From positions 32,001 through 96,000 of the IMG/VR virus record IMGVR_UViG_3300050821_010764: 64,000 nt of DNA; one strand, given 5' to 3'. The notes below the pieces were generated by a model. That model saw only the letters and a program-made list of their open reading frames with translations, was not told where the DNA came from and made no database searches. The stretch's first letter is position 1; the number at the start of each line of letters is the position of its first letter. Of the stretch, positions 38,732 to 48,095 are shown one piece after another. This stretch comes from a virus. A program made the position numbers and the translations under genes.

Positions 38732-40639
38732 ATGCCCGCTGCGTCAAATACGTTAACGATCTCTGATAAAGATATTTTCAACAAACTTAAGAACCAACTG
38801 CTCATGATTGATCCGGTTGCGTTCTGTGAAACCTATCTCACACTAGATGGCAAGCCATTTAGACTGCATGGTAATGGCTATAAACCCTTTGCCGATATTT
38901 ACCGCTACATCGGTATCAAAGCTTTAGAACCTAACGCTAAACCAGTTATCATGGTTAAAGGTCGTCAGGTCGGTGCCACTACCATGGCTAGTGCATTAGA
39001 AATGTACTTCATGGGATCCGGTTTATTTGGGAGTGGTATCAAACCAGCTATCAGAGTCATTCACGCTTTCCCTCAGTTGGAATTGGCGGCAGCTTACTCT
39101 AAGACTAAGCTAAATCAAATGATTGTCTCCGCTGTTCCAGCGGCAGGGCAAGAAGAAAAATCCAGGGCTGCTAAACCAAAATCTCATATGCAGGTTCTAT
39201 TAGATCAGTCTACTCCTACCAATGACTCCATGCATTTCAAGCAGTTCATTGGTGGAAACCATTTATGGATTGAGTCGGTCGGACTTGACGGAGACCGTAT
39301 CATGGGTCGTACTGCCGATGTTTTGTTTTTTGACGAAGTTCAGAAAACGACCGGCATGGCAATTGGTAACTCTCTAAAAGTTTTGACCACTGCCAAGTAT
39401 GGAGAACCAACCAAGGGTGTGCAGATTTATTTCGGAACTCCAAGGCGTAAAGGTTCTGATTTCCATAAGATGTGGCAGACCTCTTCTCAACAGTATTATT
39501 ACTTAGGTTGTGAAGACTGTAAAGAATATTTTCCATTGTATACTCCTGGTTCGGATGACTGGAAAGATATTTGGTTGCACGGCTACATTGTCAAATGTAC
39601 TAAGTGTGGTCATGAGCAGGATAAGCGCGAGGCAGCAGAACGTGGTAAATGGATTGCCCTCAAGAATCCAGATGATCCAGATTGTAAAATGATTGGATTC
39701 CATATTAATCAGCTTTACATGCCTATGTTTACTCGTGAGCAAATCGAGAGCGAATTACCTGGTAAGCATCCAATTAACACCGAACGTGTTTTCATGAATG
39801 AAGTATTGGGAGAGTTTTTCCAAGGTGATGCTAGCCCAATTACTCCAGAAGAAATTAAAGACCTCTGTGCTGACATTGGTAGAAAATTTAGCGCTCGTAT
39901 CATTCCGCAAAAGAATACTATTAACCAACAGATTGTAGTATTGGGAATAGACTATGGCGCCCGCGCAGACTTAGAGCAACTAGCTAATCCTGATAAAGTA
40001 AAAGCCACGGGTCAATCTTATAGCACTGCCGTAGTGTTAATGTCTAAAGGTCCTGGGTTATTATCTATTGAGTTTTGTACTAAATTCAAACGTAATGACA
40101 TTGAAAGTAAAAAGGGAATCATTGATCAGATTATGAGACAGTATAGTATCCAATTGGCAGTGGGAGATATTGGTTACTCCAATGACTTTTCTGCTTTATT
40201 GCATCAGTCTTATGGAGATCGTTATTTAGTTTCCCGCGCTCATAATAGAATAAATGGTCACGTTAAGTTTAGTGCCGACGCTTTTCCAAAAGAAATTATC
40301 TTTGAAAGAGATTTCTATATTGGAGAGTTGTATGAACAAATGAAGAAAGGTATGATTAAGTTTCCATTTGGAGATTATGAGAAGGTGGCTTGGTTAATTG
40401 AGCATTGTGCTAGTATGGAAATCAAACCATCCATTTCCAGAGGTGGAGATCCAAGCGTCCATTATGTAAAAGGTAGTACTCCAAACGACGGTTTTATGGC
40501 GCTATTGAACGCTTACATAGCTTATAAGTTCATTATCAGCCGAGGATTTACCAATAATAATCCACTACTTCAGCATCAAAACTTCAAACAACGCAATAAA
40601 CCACTGATTGTAACGGGCTATGTTCCTCGTAAATTCTGA
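38732..40639 (+). CDS. Terminase large subunit (GpA-like)
   Basis: KGRQVGATT Walker A, LFFDEVQ Walker B, GTP, CxxC...CxxC, GFHINQLY, NEVLGE, GIDYG and ND nuclease motifs. Confidence 0.9.
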   Translation: MPAASNTLTISDKDIFNKLKNQLLMIDPVAFCETYLTLDGKPFRLHGNGYKPFADIYRYIGIKALEPNAKPVIMVKGRQVGATTMASALEMYFMGSGLFGSGIKPAIRVIHAFPQLELAAAYSKTKLNQMIVSAVPAAGQEEKSRAAKPKSHMQVLLDQSTPTNDSMHFKQFIGGNHLWIESVGLDGDRIMGRTADVLFFDEVQKTTGMAIGNSLKVLTTAKYGEPTKGVQIYFGTPRRKGSDFHKMWQTSSQQYYYLGCEDCKEYFPLYTPGSDDWKDIWLHGYIVKCTKCGHEQDKREAAERGKWIALKNPDDPDCKMIGFHINQLYMPMFTREQIESELPGKHPINTERVFMNEVLGEFFQGDASPITPEEIKDLCADIGRKFSARIIPQKNTINQQIVVLGIDYGARADLEQLANPDKVKATGQSYSTAVVLMSKGPGLLSIEFCTKFKRNDIESKKGIIDQIMRQYSIQLAVGDIGYSNDFSALLHQSYGDRYLVSRAHNRINGHVKFSADAFPKEIIFERDFYIGELYEQMKKGMIKFPFGDYEKVAWLIEHCASMEIKPSISRGGDPSVHYVKGSTPNDGFMALLNAYIAYKFIISRGFTNNNPLLQHQNFKQRNKPLIVTGYVPRKF

Positions 40640-40715
40640 TAATCTCCTAAATACTTGTTTTACTGATATATTATTAGTTGAGTATAGTAGAGGATAGTGG
40701 AAACAATGAGGCTTC

Positions 40716-42599
40716 ATGGCTTTTAATAAAACCGCAAAAAAAATATGGACAGGACCATCTAACTCTGATCAATACTTTGAAAATAGGTCTACTTTACCTC
40801 AGGTTAGTGCTCTTATGGCTCAAAGCGTCTCTCCTTCAAGAAGGGAAGCCTTGGCTTCAGAGGTAGAGCAAGGTCTCTTTAGGGACGGCTCTGGTCCATC
40901 TTACAAAGAAGATGGGGCTACCTATAATTCTCGTGTAGTGGCTTCTGTTGGCATGAATAAATCTGCGCAGGTTGTCAGCAGTTCGGGAGGTAGTTTCCGT
41001 GGAGGAACCGGCGATACCGTCAAACAAACTCCTGAAGTTTATTCTCCCCTTTGGTTAAACTCCAATCTTAATTTACCACGAGATAGAGCTACTATCAATG
41101 CTTGGTGCCGAAGCTTTTATGCTTTGAATCCTTTCGTGCATAATGCTATCAATCTTCATAGCACCTATCCAATTAGTAAGCTTAACATCAAGTGTCCTAA
41201 CAAGGACATCGAAAAGTTTTTCAATGATATGATTGAAGAAATTGATTTGATGAACATCTGCGTGCAAATCGCCCAGGAATATTGGCTACTTGGAGAATCT
41301 TTCGTTTATGCTGAGCTTGATGAAAGCCGTGGTAAATGGAGCCGTCTGTTGATTCAGAATCCAGACTACATGATTGTCAAGCGTACAGTAGTTGCCAATG
41401 AGCCTATCATTATGTTACGCCCCGACGAAAACCTTAAGAAAATCATTTTCTCTAATCGTCCAACTGATATTGAACAGCGCAAGCAGTTAAATAATCATAT
41501 CATTGACTCTGTCAAGCGTGGCGAGAATATTCCATTAGATAACTTCCATGTGTCTCATTTAGCTCGTAGAATCAGCCCTTACGAAATCCGTGGCACTGGT
41601 CTTCCAGTCTGTATCTTCCGTCAGTTGATGTTATTCGACAAGCTAAGAGAATCTAAGTATGCTCAGGCTGATGGTATGATCAATCCACTTACTTTAGTGA
41701 AGATTGGAACCGATGGCGCCGATGGTTTGCATCCAACCTTTGCCGACCTGGAATCTTGGAGGAATGTATTTGAAGAAGCACAATATGATAAGGACTTCAA
41801 GATCTTTACGCATGCCGGTATTGCTGTTGAGCGAGTCGGTTATGGTCAAGGTATTTATGACATTTCGGGTGATATCACTCAGATTATCAAGGAAATCTAT
41901 GTCGGTTTGCAAGTTCCACCGGTTCTAATGGATGGCGGCGCCGACACTACCTATGCCAACGGTGGTGTGGCTCTTGACGTTCTTCGTCAGCGTTACATGC
42001 AATTCCGTAATATGATGTCTACTTGGTTGAAGCGAAAGATTTTTGCTCCAATCTCTAAGATTCAGGGCTTCTACGATTACTCAGGCGGTGAGAAACAACT
42101 TATCGTTCCAGAAATCGATTGGAACCATATGTCTTTGTTTGATGCAGGCGACTACATCAATAGCTTGGTAACTCTTACTCAGGGCGATGGTCCTGCTAAG
42201 AGAGCTTCTATTCATACTTTGTATCGTTCTTTGGGTCTAGAATTCGAAGACGAAGTTAGAAAGATGCGTAAAGAAGCTATCCAAAATGCTATTAACAAAA
42301 AAGAAGCGGTAGCACTAGATGCCATGGATTTGAACTCTCTTCGTGCATTGGATGAAGAGGATGAAATTCCAGAACCAGAATTGGCACCAGGTCAAGCTCC
42401 ACCAGGATCCGCGCCACCACTACCAGGTGAGTCTCCAGGCGGCGGACCTCCACCTCCGGGAGCAATGCCAGGATTAGATATGGGAATGCCACCAGGCGGA
42501 GCACCTCCTCCACCTCCACCACCAGGTGGAGCCCCTCCAGGAGGCGGAGAAGCACCTCCAGCAGCGCCTCCACCAGCAGGCGGAGCACCTCCAGCTTAA
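40716..42599 (+). CDS. Portal protein with Pro/Gly-rich C-terminal tail
   Basis: Follows terminase; FY..NPFVHNAI.LHSTYP, EYWLLGE.F, H..R..SPYE.RG, LVKIG. Confidence 0.82.
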   Translation: MAFNKTAKKIWTGPSNSDQYFENRSTLPQVSALMAQSVSPSRREALASEVEQGLFRDGSGPSYKEDGATYNSRVVASVGMNKSAQVVSSSGGSFRGGTGDTVKQTPEVYSPLWLNSNLNLPRDRATINAWCRSFYALNPFVHNAINLHSTYPISKLNIKCPNKDIEKFFNDMIEEIDLMNICVQIAQEYWLLGESFVYAELDESRGKWSRLLIQNPDYMIVKRTVVANEPIIMLRPDENLKKIIFSNRPTDIEQRKQLNNHIIDSVKRGENIPLDNFHVSHLARRISPYEIRGTGLPVCIFRQLMLFDKLRESKYAQADGMINPLTLVKIGTDGADGLHPTFADLESWRNVFEEAQYDKDFKIFTHAGIAVERVGYGQGIYDISGDITQIIKEIYVGLQVPPVLMDGGADTTYANGGVALDVLRQRYMQFRNMMSTWLKRKIFAPISKIQGFYDYSGGEKQLIVPEIDWNHMSLFDAGDYINSLVTLTQGDGPAKRASIHTLYRSLGLEFEDEVRKMRKEAIQNAINKKEAVALDAMDLNSLRALDEEDEIPEPELAPGQAPPGSAPPLPGESPGGGPPPPGAMPGLDMGMPPGGAPPPPPPPGGAPPGGGEAPPAAPPPAGGAPPA

Positions 42600-42680
42600 T
42601 TGAAATCAAATAGCTATTACCCCGGCACTTAGGGATAATTACGTATTATTTTACTGATTCCACCAAGTGAAGGGTTAACA

Positions 42681-43964
42681 ATGCAGAAAACTGCTCAAAG
42701 TGCACGACAAACAGGACGAGGTCTTCTCAATAAATTACGTGAGATGACCAATGTTAGCGGCATTGCTGCCGAAAAATTCTTCAATCCACAATTTCAAAAG
42801 ATTATGGAAGAGTTAAGAAAGAATGATGATCAGGTTAGATCTATCGTTACTGGCACTACTATTGGATCTGGTGACCCTGGCATGGACCCTAAGTCACTCA
42901 AAGATCTATTAAAAATGGCTAAGTCTAATTTCAATAGACGCGAGTACATGACAGCCACCGCCGAGCTTGCCAGATTTCATCGTAAAATTACCGAAGTTAT
43001 TAAAGTGTTGAATGCCATTAGCGATAATGTTGATGAAGTTCATCATGAGTTTTTATTCAAAGATTTAGGTCCAGAACATAAAGAAGAACTATTAGATTTA
43101 CAGAAGCGTTGGGAAACCAAAAAGGCAGCTCGTGATGCACTACTAGTTAAAGAGGCTGGCGTATCTGACATTGTAGATTTTTTGAAGACTTTTAATACCA
43201 GAGGTCGTGGTTTAGCTGCTTGGGAAAAAAGATATCCTCAAGAAGTTGGCAAGATCAAAAGTGGCGTTAGCTCTATTTTACAAAGATCTGAAAGCTTATT
43301 CGACACACTCATCTCTTCATTAAAAGAAATGGCACGTGCTCGTTCCACTAGAGATCTTAATACCTACATAAAAGAAATTGGTAGAGTTAAAAAGTCTTTT
43401 GAAATCTATGAAAATGGCAAAGGTGGATTTAAAGATGTTTACAATGGTACTCTAAAAAATTGGGTTGACAAGATGGCACGTTTAGAACAAACGACATCTG
43501 CTCCTCCACCAGAGACCACTGCTCCTACTGCTCCAGCTCCTGGGGCAACTAATTTGGGCAAGACAGAAATTGCAGTTGAACCTGCTCCTGCTCCAACACC
43601 TTCAGCTCCAGCACCAACTGTCCCCGCGCCAACTGTAATGACCGGACCGGCAGGGAATCTTCCACCAGGAGCGGGTCCTCCATTTGCTCCTGCCCCTCAC
43701 GCAGTAGAAGAGGAAGAAGCCCCAGTTACTTTAAGAGATCCTTCAGTACAATCTCCACCTATTGAGGGTAAGAGACCTGAAAAGGCACCAGAAGAGTTGC
43801 TAAAAACACAACACAGAAAATTCTTTGCATCTTTAGAATCACTGTCGAATGAGAGTCCGTTGTTATTAGCTAGCTACATTAACAAGTATGCTCGTTCAGT
43901 ACAAATTAGTGATCCTGACACCGCAATCCAACTATTCAAAATAGCCAAATCTATTAGGGGGTGA
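42681..43964 (+). CDS. Hypothetical head-module protein
   Basis: MQKTAQ and LVKEAG; Pro-rich linker. Confidence 0.6.
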   Translation: MQKTAQSARQTGRGLLNKLREMTNVSGIAAEKFFNPQFQKIMEELRKNDDQVRSIVTGTTIGSGDPGMDPKSLKDLLKMAKSNFNRREYMTATAELARFHRKITEVIKVLNAISDNVDEVHHEFLFKDLGPEHKEELLDLQKRWETKKAARDALLVKEAGVSDIVDFLKTFNTRGRGLAAWEKRYPQEVGKIKSGVSSILQRSESLFDTLISSLKEMARARSTRDLNTYIKEIGRVKKSFEIYENGKGGFKDVYNGTLKNWVDKMARLEQTTSAPPPETTAPTAPAPGATNLGKTEIAVEPAPAPTPSAPAPTVPAPTVMTGPAGNLPPGAGPPFAPAPHAVEEEEAPVTLRDPSVQSPPIEGKRPEKAPEELLKTQHRKFFASLESLSNESPLLLASYINKYARSVQISDPDTAIQLFKIAKSIRG

Positions 43965-43965
43965 A

Positions 43966-45210
43966 ATGGCAACCGTCACGCGCAACCCTAATTTAGGCGC
44001 TAACTTCTATCCCAAACTAGTTCAAATATCTGCTGAAGCCGGTATTAGACCCGAGGATTTATTAGCTGTTATGGTCTCGGAATCCGGTATCAATCCTGGA
44101 GCCTATGAAGAAAAATTTCATGGTGCAGGTTTGGTAGGATTCATGCCAGATACACTAAGAGGACTAGGATACAAGGGTAGTTGGGAGGACTTTGCTCATT
44201 TACCGGGCGAAGCACAACTTGATTATGTCAAAAAGCTAGTGCAGGGGTTTGCTCAAACTAATGGCGGACCCTTTACTTCTGCTGCCCAATATTATGTCGC
44301 TAATTTATGGCCTGTTGCTTTGAGGTTGCCCGGCATTCGTCAAGGTAATCCTAGTACAGTGTTTATTGAAGAACATCCGGAAACCACTACTGATCCTAAA
44401 ACGGGTAAAGCTTGGAGCAAGAAGTATTTTAATCTAGGCTACAAAATTAGTCCAGAAATGGAAAGTAACGCATATAAGTATAACCCTTTATTTCACGGTT
44501 CAGTACCTGGGGCTATTACTTATGGTGATATGATGAAACAGGTAGAAAAGAATAAACGCAACCCAGCTTATCAAAAAGCTTTAGTAGCTATGAGAGATTC
44601 AGCCGGTTATACGCCAGGCAAAGAGGAGCCAACTATGGTAGCTACTCAAGACAAAGATAACATTTTCCAGAGATATTATGATAAAATGAGGGGCAAGGAA
44701 GAAGATATCTATCAAGAAATGGGTAGCAAGTGGGCACCTGCTCCTGGCGCGGCTCCAGCAGCCAGTACTAACGATTATGATCAGATTCTTGGCAAGTATT
44801 TGCAACTTGCCGCTTCTACTGAAAGATCTAACAAGAAGTTGTATAAACAATTCTTGCCTAATAACTATCTGACTATTAAGGTTCAAGCACGAAACTTGAC
44901 AGACGCTGTCGAATTTTCTCGTGTTCTTTGTACGGCTCTGGATGAAGAGTTAATGGCTAAAGCGTATACCCATACTAATGGTCAAGAGGTAGAAGTAGAG
45001 TGCTGTATTCCTGGACCGGAATATGAATGTTTTGAAACTGTCAAGCAATTAACCGAGTCTATGGCAGATGCTTTTCATTTTGCTACCACTAAAGTGGGCG
45101 GCATCCAAGTAAAAACTCAATTCATTACCAATAAAAAGTCATCTTATCAACAAATCAGCCTTCAGGCTGCCAACAACCACTACAGGAAATTCCTGCTAAA
45201 ATTCATTTAA
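43966..45210 (+). CDS. Lytic transglycosylase/lysozyme-like protein (virion-associated muralytic candidate)
   Basis: LLAVMVSESGINP.A, AGLVGFMPDT, QLDYV motifs of the SLT/lysozyme fold. Confidence 0.75.
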   Translation: MATVTRNPNLGANFYPKLVQISAEAGIRPEDLLAVMVSESGINPGAYEEKFHGAGLVGFMPDTLRGLGYKGSWEDFAHLPGEAQLDYVKKLVQGFAQTNGGPFTSAAQYYVANLWPVALRLPGIRQGNPSTVFIEEHPETTTDPKTGKAWSKKYFNLGYKISPEMESNAYKYNPLFHGSVPGAITYGDMMKQVEKNKRNPAYQKALVAMRDSAGYTPGKEEPTMVATQDKDNIFQRYYDKMRGKEEDIYQEMGSKWAPAPGAAPAASTNDYDQILGKYLQLAASTERSNKKLYKQFLPNNYLTIKVQARNLTDAVEFSRVLCTALDEELMAKAYTHTNGQEVEVECCIPGPEYECFETVKQLTESMADAFHFATTKVGGIQVKTQFITNKKSSYQQISLQAANNHYRKFLLKFI

Positions 45211-45219
45211 GGACATGAA

Positions 45220-45639
45220 ATGGTAACAGAACAAAAGGTATTAGAGGTAGTGCAGGAGTCCAATAAAGATAGAACTAGGACTTTTGCCGAGTTTATTGCT
45301 GCCATTTTTCACGATAAATTCATTGAAATTTATCTTGGCGACTCTTATGAAGAAGTTAGCACTGAACAAATCTCCACGGCTTATCCTGCCGTTTTTTGTG
45401 GCAAGGTAGTTTCTGCTTATAGAGAGTGCTTAGTGTTGAACTCTGTATTTGTTAATAGTTCTACCAATAAACTGGAGTTGGGTAATCTAATGTTCATCAG
45501 TGAAAGAGCTATTAGAGGACTTAATGAAATTGATGGTAAAGGAATTATGGAAGATATGTTCTTAAGAAGCAAAGAATCTTTAGACATCAAAGCACATTTT
45601 CTCGATGGCGTTCCAGTTAAACTGTCTCCCAAAAAATAA
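45220..45639 (+). CDS. Hypothetical protein
   Basis: ORF in the operon. Confidence 0.55.
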   Translation: MVTEQKVLEVVQESNKDRTRTFAEFIAAIFHDKFIEIYLGDSYEEVSTEQISTAYPAVFCGKVVSAYRECLVLNSVFVNSSTNKLELGNLMFISERAIRGLNEIDGKGIMEDMFLRSKESLDIKAHFLDGVPVKLSPKK

Positions 45640-45645
45640 TGAATC

Positions 45646-46398
45646 ATGCACGATACCAATCAACTACTCAAATTAGCCGACACATATTATCAAGATTGTG
45701 TTCAAGGCTTATCTAAAATTGCCCGCATCAGGCAATTACCGGGTGGAAAGTATCGTGTGCTCTCTATGAAGGGCAAAAATCTGGGCACTTACGACTCTCG
45801 TGAAGCAGCCGAAAAAAGACTTAAGCAAGTTGAGTATTTCAAAAACGTTGACCAAGCTAATGCCAAGGATTCTTCTTCAGAAGAAAAGGTTATTGACCTA
45901 ACTGGTGCTGTAGATTTCTCTTATTCCGCCATTATGCGTGAAATGAGAAAAGAAGCAGACAAAGAACAAGTTCGTTTATTTTTAACTATGTTCAAAAAAG
46001 AATTTGATAATGCAGTAAAGAAGAAACTTCAAAAACCAGAAAAAGTGGCTTTACAAAATTCTTTGGTTAAATTCAACAAGAGACATAAGGTAAAGTGCAA
46101 AAAGAAATTAGTAAAGAATGCGGCTGTTAGTGAGCTAGGCGATCCAGCTATGGTAGGAAAATACTTAGCTGATATTGTTAGATTTACACTTAATAGAGTG
46201 CCAGCTGATAAGAGACAAAATGCTCTTGATAGTTTAAGACATAAATTCTATTCTTTTAATGCCAACGAAATTGCGCAGAAGGATTTGCCGCCCACCTCTG
46301 CTATTGGTCAATCTATTACTTTCGTCAAACACGTTCTCTTCAATCATGACGCCGTGTATATCCGCGAGGTGCTCAACAACATTGTGAGCAATTTATAA
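45646..46398 (+). CDS. Hypothetical head-module protein with a small basic module
   Basis: KIA-RIRQLPGGKYRVLSMKGKNLGTYDSREAAEKRLKQVEYFK-NVDQANA. Confidence 0.6.
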   Translation: MHDTNQLLKLADTYYQDCVQGLSKIARIRQLPGGKYRVLSMKGKNLGTYDSREAAEKRLKQVEYFKNVDQANAKDSSSEEKVIDLTGAVDFSYSAIMREMRKEADKEQVRLFLTMFKKEFDNAVKKKLQKPEKVALQNSLVKFNKRHKVKCKKKLVKNAAVSELGDPAMVGKYLADIVRFTLNRVPADKRQNALDSLRHKFYSFNANEIAQKDLPPTSAIGQSITFVKHVLFNHDAVYIREVLNNIVSNL

Positions 46399-46399
46399 C

Positions 46400-47173
46400 A
46401 TGATACACAGGCTTCGCAAGGTAACTGACCAACTGTATCGAGGGAGCGCTCCGTCTCCCAAGGATGTTCTTTGGTTGAAAGAAAATTTAGGCATTAAAAA
46501 AATAGTCAGTTTAGATAAAATAGCCGGTGATAGAATTGATAGGACTACTAAGTTATTGGGTATCAAACATATTATATGTCCTATTGGTCATCCTAATTTT
46601 AAACACTCTCTATTGCATTTTCTGAAACATGATTTAAAAGAGTTATTGTTAGAAGGCGGACCCACTTATGTTCATTGTCAGGCTGGTAAAGATAGAACTG
46701 GATTAGCAGTAGCTTTAGTTCAATGTAAATATCTAGGTAAAAGTCCAGAAGACGCTTTAGAAGAAGCTAAGTCTTTGGGATTTGGTTTGGATGTTGACCC
46801 TAAGCCTATTCATGTTTTTGAGAAGCTAATTAAGGCTTGCAAGCCAGCCAAAGACAAAGATACTAATCATGCTGATATAGTTTCAAACGAACGAGAATAC
46901 ATTAGTGATAATCGAGACTCGTTTTTGGATGAGGGACATCAGGGTTCTTTTGCGCCTTATTTGAATGTTACTCGTCAGAATCCGCAAGATGCTCTTTACA
47001 ATTTTGTGGTTGATCAATCTCCAACCCGTGAGAATTATCACCATGGCAAGCCAATAAAAGAGCATGAATCTCAAGAGGAAGACGTTGTGCCTATGGTCGG
47101 CGTTTACGATAATGATGCGGGTGGCAGAGGCTTTGGACCTGCGGAAAACAATGGTGGATTCATTTATGATTAA
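46400..47173 (+). CDS. Protein tyrosine/dual-specificity phosphatase
   Basis: LYRGSAP, YVHCQAGKDRTG (HCx5R) active-site loop; acidic tail. Confidence 0.88.
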   Translation: MIHRLRKVTDQLYRGSAPSPKDVLWLKENLGIKKIVSLDKIAGDRIDRTTKLLGIKHIICPIGHPNFKHSLLHFLKHDLKELLLEGGPTYVHCQAGKDRTGLAVALVQCKYLGKSPEDALEEAKSLGFGLDVDPKPIHVFEKLIKACKPAKDKDTNHADIVSNEREYISDNRDSFLDEGHQGSFAPYLNVTRQNPQDALYNFVVDQSPTRENYHHGKPIKEHESQEEDVVPMVGVYDNDAGGRGFGPAENNGGFIYD

Positions 47174-47819
47174 GAAGGCGTATGCAGTACAAATGACCTA
47201 TGATGTTTCTGATGCTGAAAAGACTCAGGCGCAACAGGCATTGATATTGTTTAATTTCACCTTGAAACAGTTGGATTTAGCTTCCGACCATCTTAACATT
47301 ATGAAGACACCTTTCAAGAATAACCCAGAAATGTCTCCTGAAGAGGTTATGAAGGCTAGAGTTTCTATCAGACGCTTCAGAGATAAGGCTATCGATAATT
47401 TTAATGAGTTCAAGAAGACAGCTTTTAAATGCGTTAACGTAATGCAGAACTTCGCTTCCGATACCCAGACTCTCAAACTAATGAAATCTTTTATCTCTGC
47501 TATTGATGATCTGGAAGTCAAGGTCAATAAGTTTGCTGACATCTTTGATGATTTAGAAGTGAAAGACTTCGCCACCAATGTTGTCAAGGAAATTGAGGCC
47601 ATTCAAGAGCAATGCGATGATATTACTGAGATTATTGATGAAAGAATCAAAAATCATATTCAGAACAATATCTTGGCTACTAGTTGGGTAGATAACGTAA
47701 GTGAAGAGTTACAGGAGAAGGTTCAGGAGAAAACTCCACTCATTTTGGACCTTTTTAATAGACGACAAGACCAATTAAATGACATGATAAAGGAGAGAAC
47801 CTCACAGCCTGGCAATTGA
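47166..47819 (+). CDS. Helical hypothetical protein
   Basis: Start MIKKAYA overlaps the previous stop. Confidence 0.6.
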   Translation: MIKKAYAVQMTYDVSDAEKTQAQQALILFNFTLKQLDLASDHLNIMKTPFKNNPEMSPEEVMKARVSIRRFRDKAIDNFNEFKKTAFKCVNVMQNFASDTQTLKLMKSFISAIDDLEVKVNKFADIFDDLEVKDFATNVVKEIEAIQEQCDDITEIIDERIKNHIQNNILATSWVDNVSEELQEKVQEKTPLILDLFNRRQDQLNDMIKERTSQPGN

Positions 47820-47936
47820 TTTTATTGTTACGGAATAGTAATAATGCCATATAAAGGTAAAGTTACTGTCACAATGTGGCAATAATCCATTATAATAATT
47901 GTAAAAAGATTGTGATTCTCCCCAATTGGAGAGTAG

Positions 47937-48092
47937 ATGTTTATCAAACACGGTGACGGAAAAATATTATCAGTTGTTGAGACTGAGGAGATGACGGAAG
48001 AGCAAAAGAAAGCTGCTCGTGATCTATCTAAGAAAGTCGTCAAGACATCAGAGGAAACTGATCCTTCAGAGATGAAGAAATCAGGGAGATAA
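47937..48092 (+). CDS. 51-aa protein absent from the ORF track (MFIKHGDGKILSVVETEE...)
   Basis: GGAGAG RBS; ends 3 nt before the protease ATG. Confidence 0.65.
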   Translation: MFIKHGDGKILSVVETEEMTEEQKKAARDLSKKVVKTSEETDPSEMKKSGR

Positions 48093-48095
48093 CGC

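Noticed and set aside
14532-40639. Inteins or introns in dnaE, recA or terminase
   Set aside because: Lengths are normal and no intein splice motifs or LAGLIDADG inserts were seen
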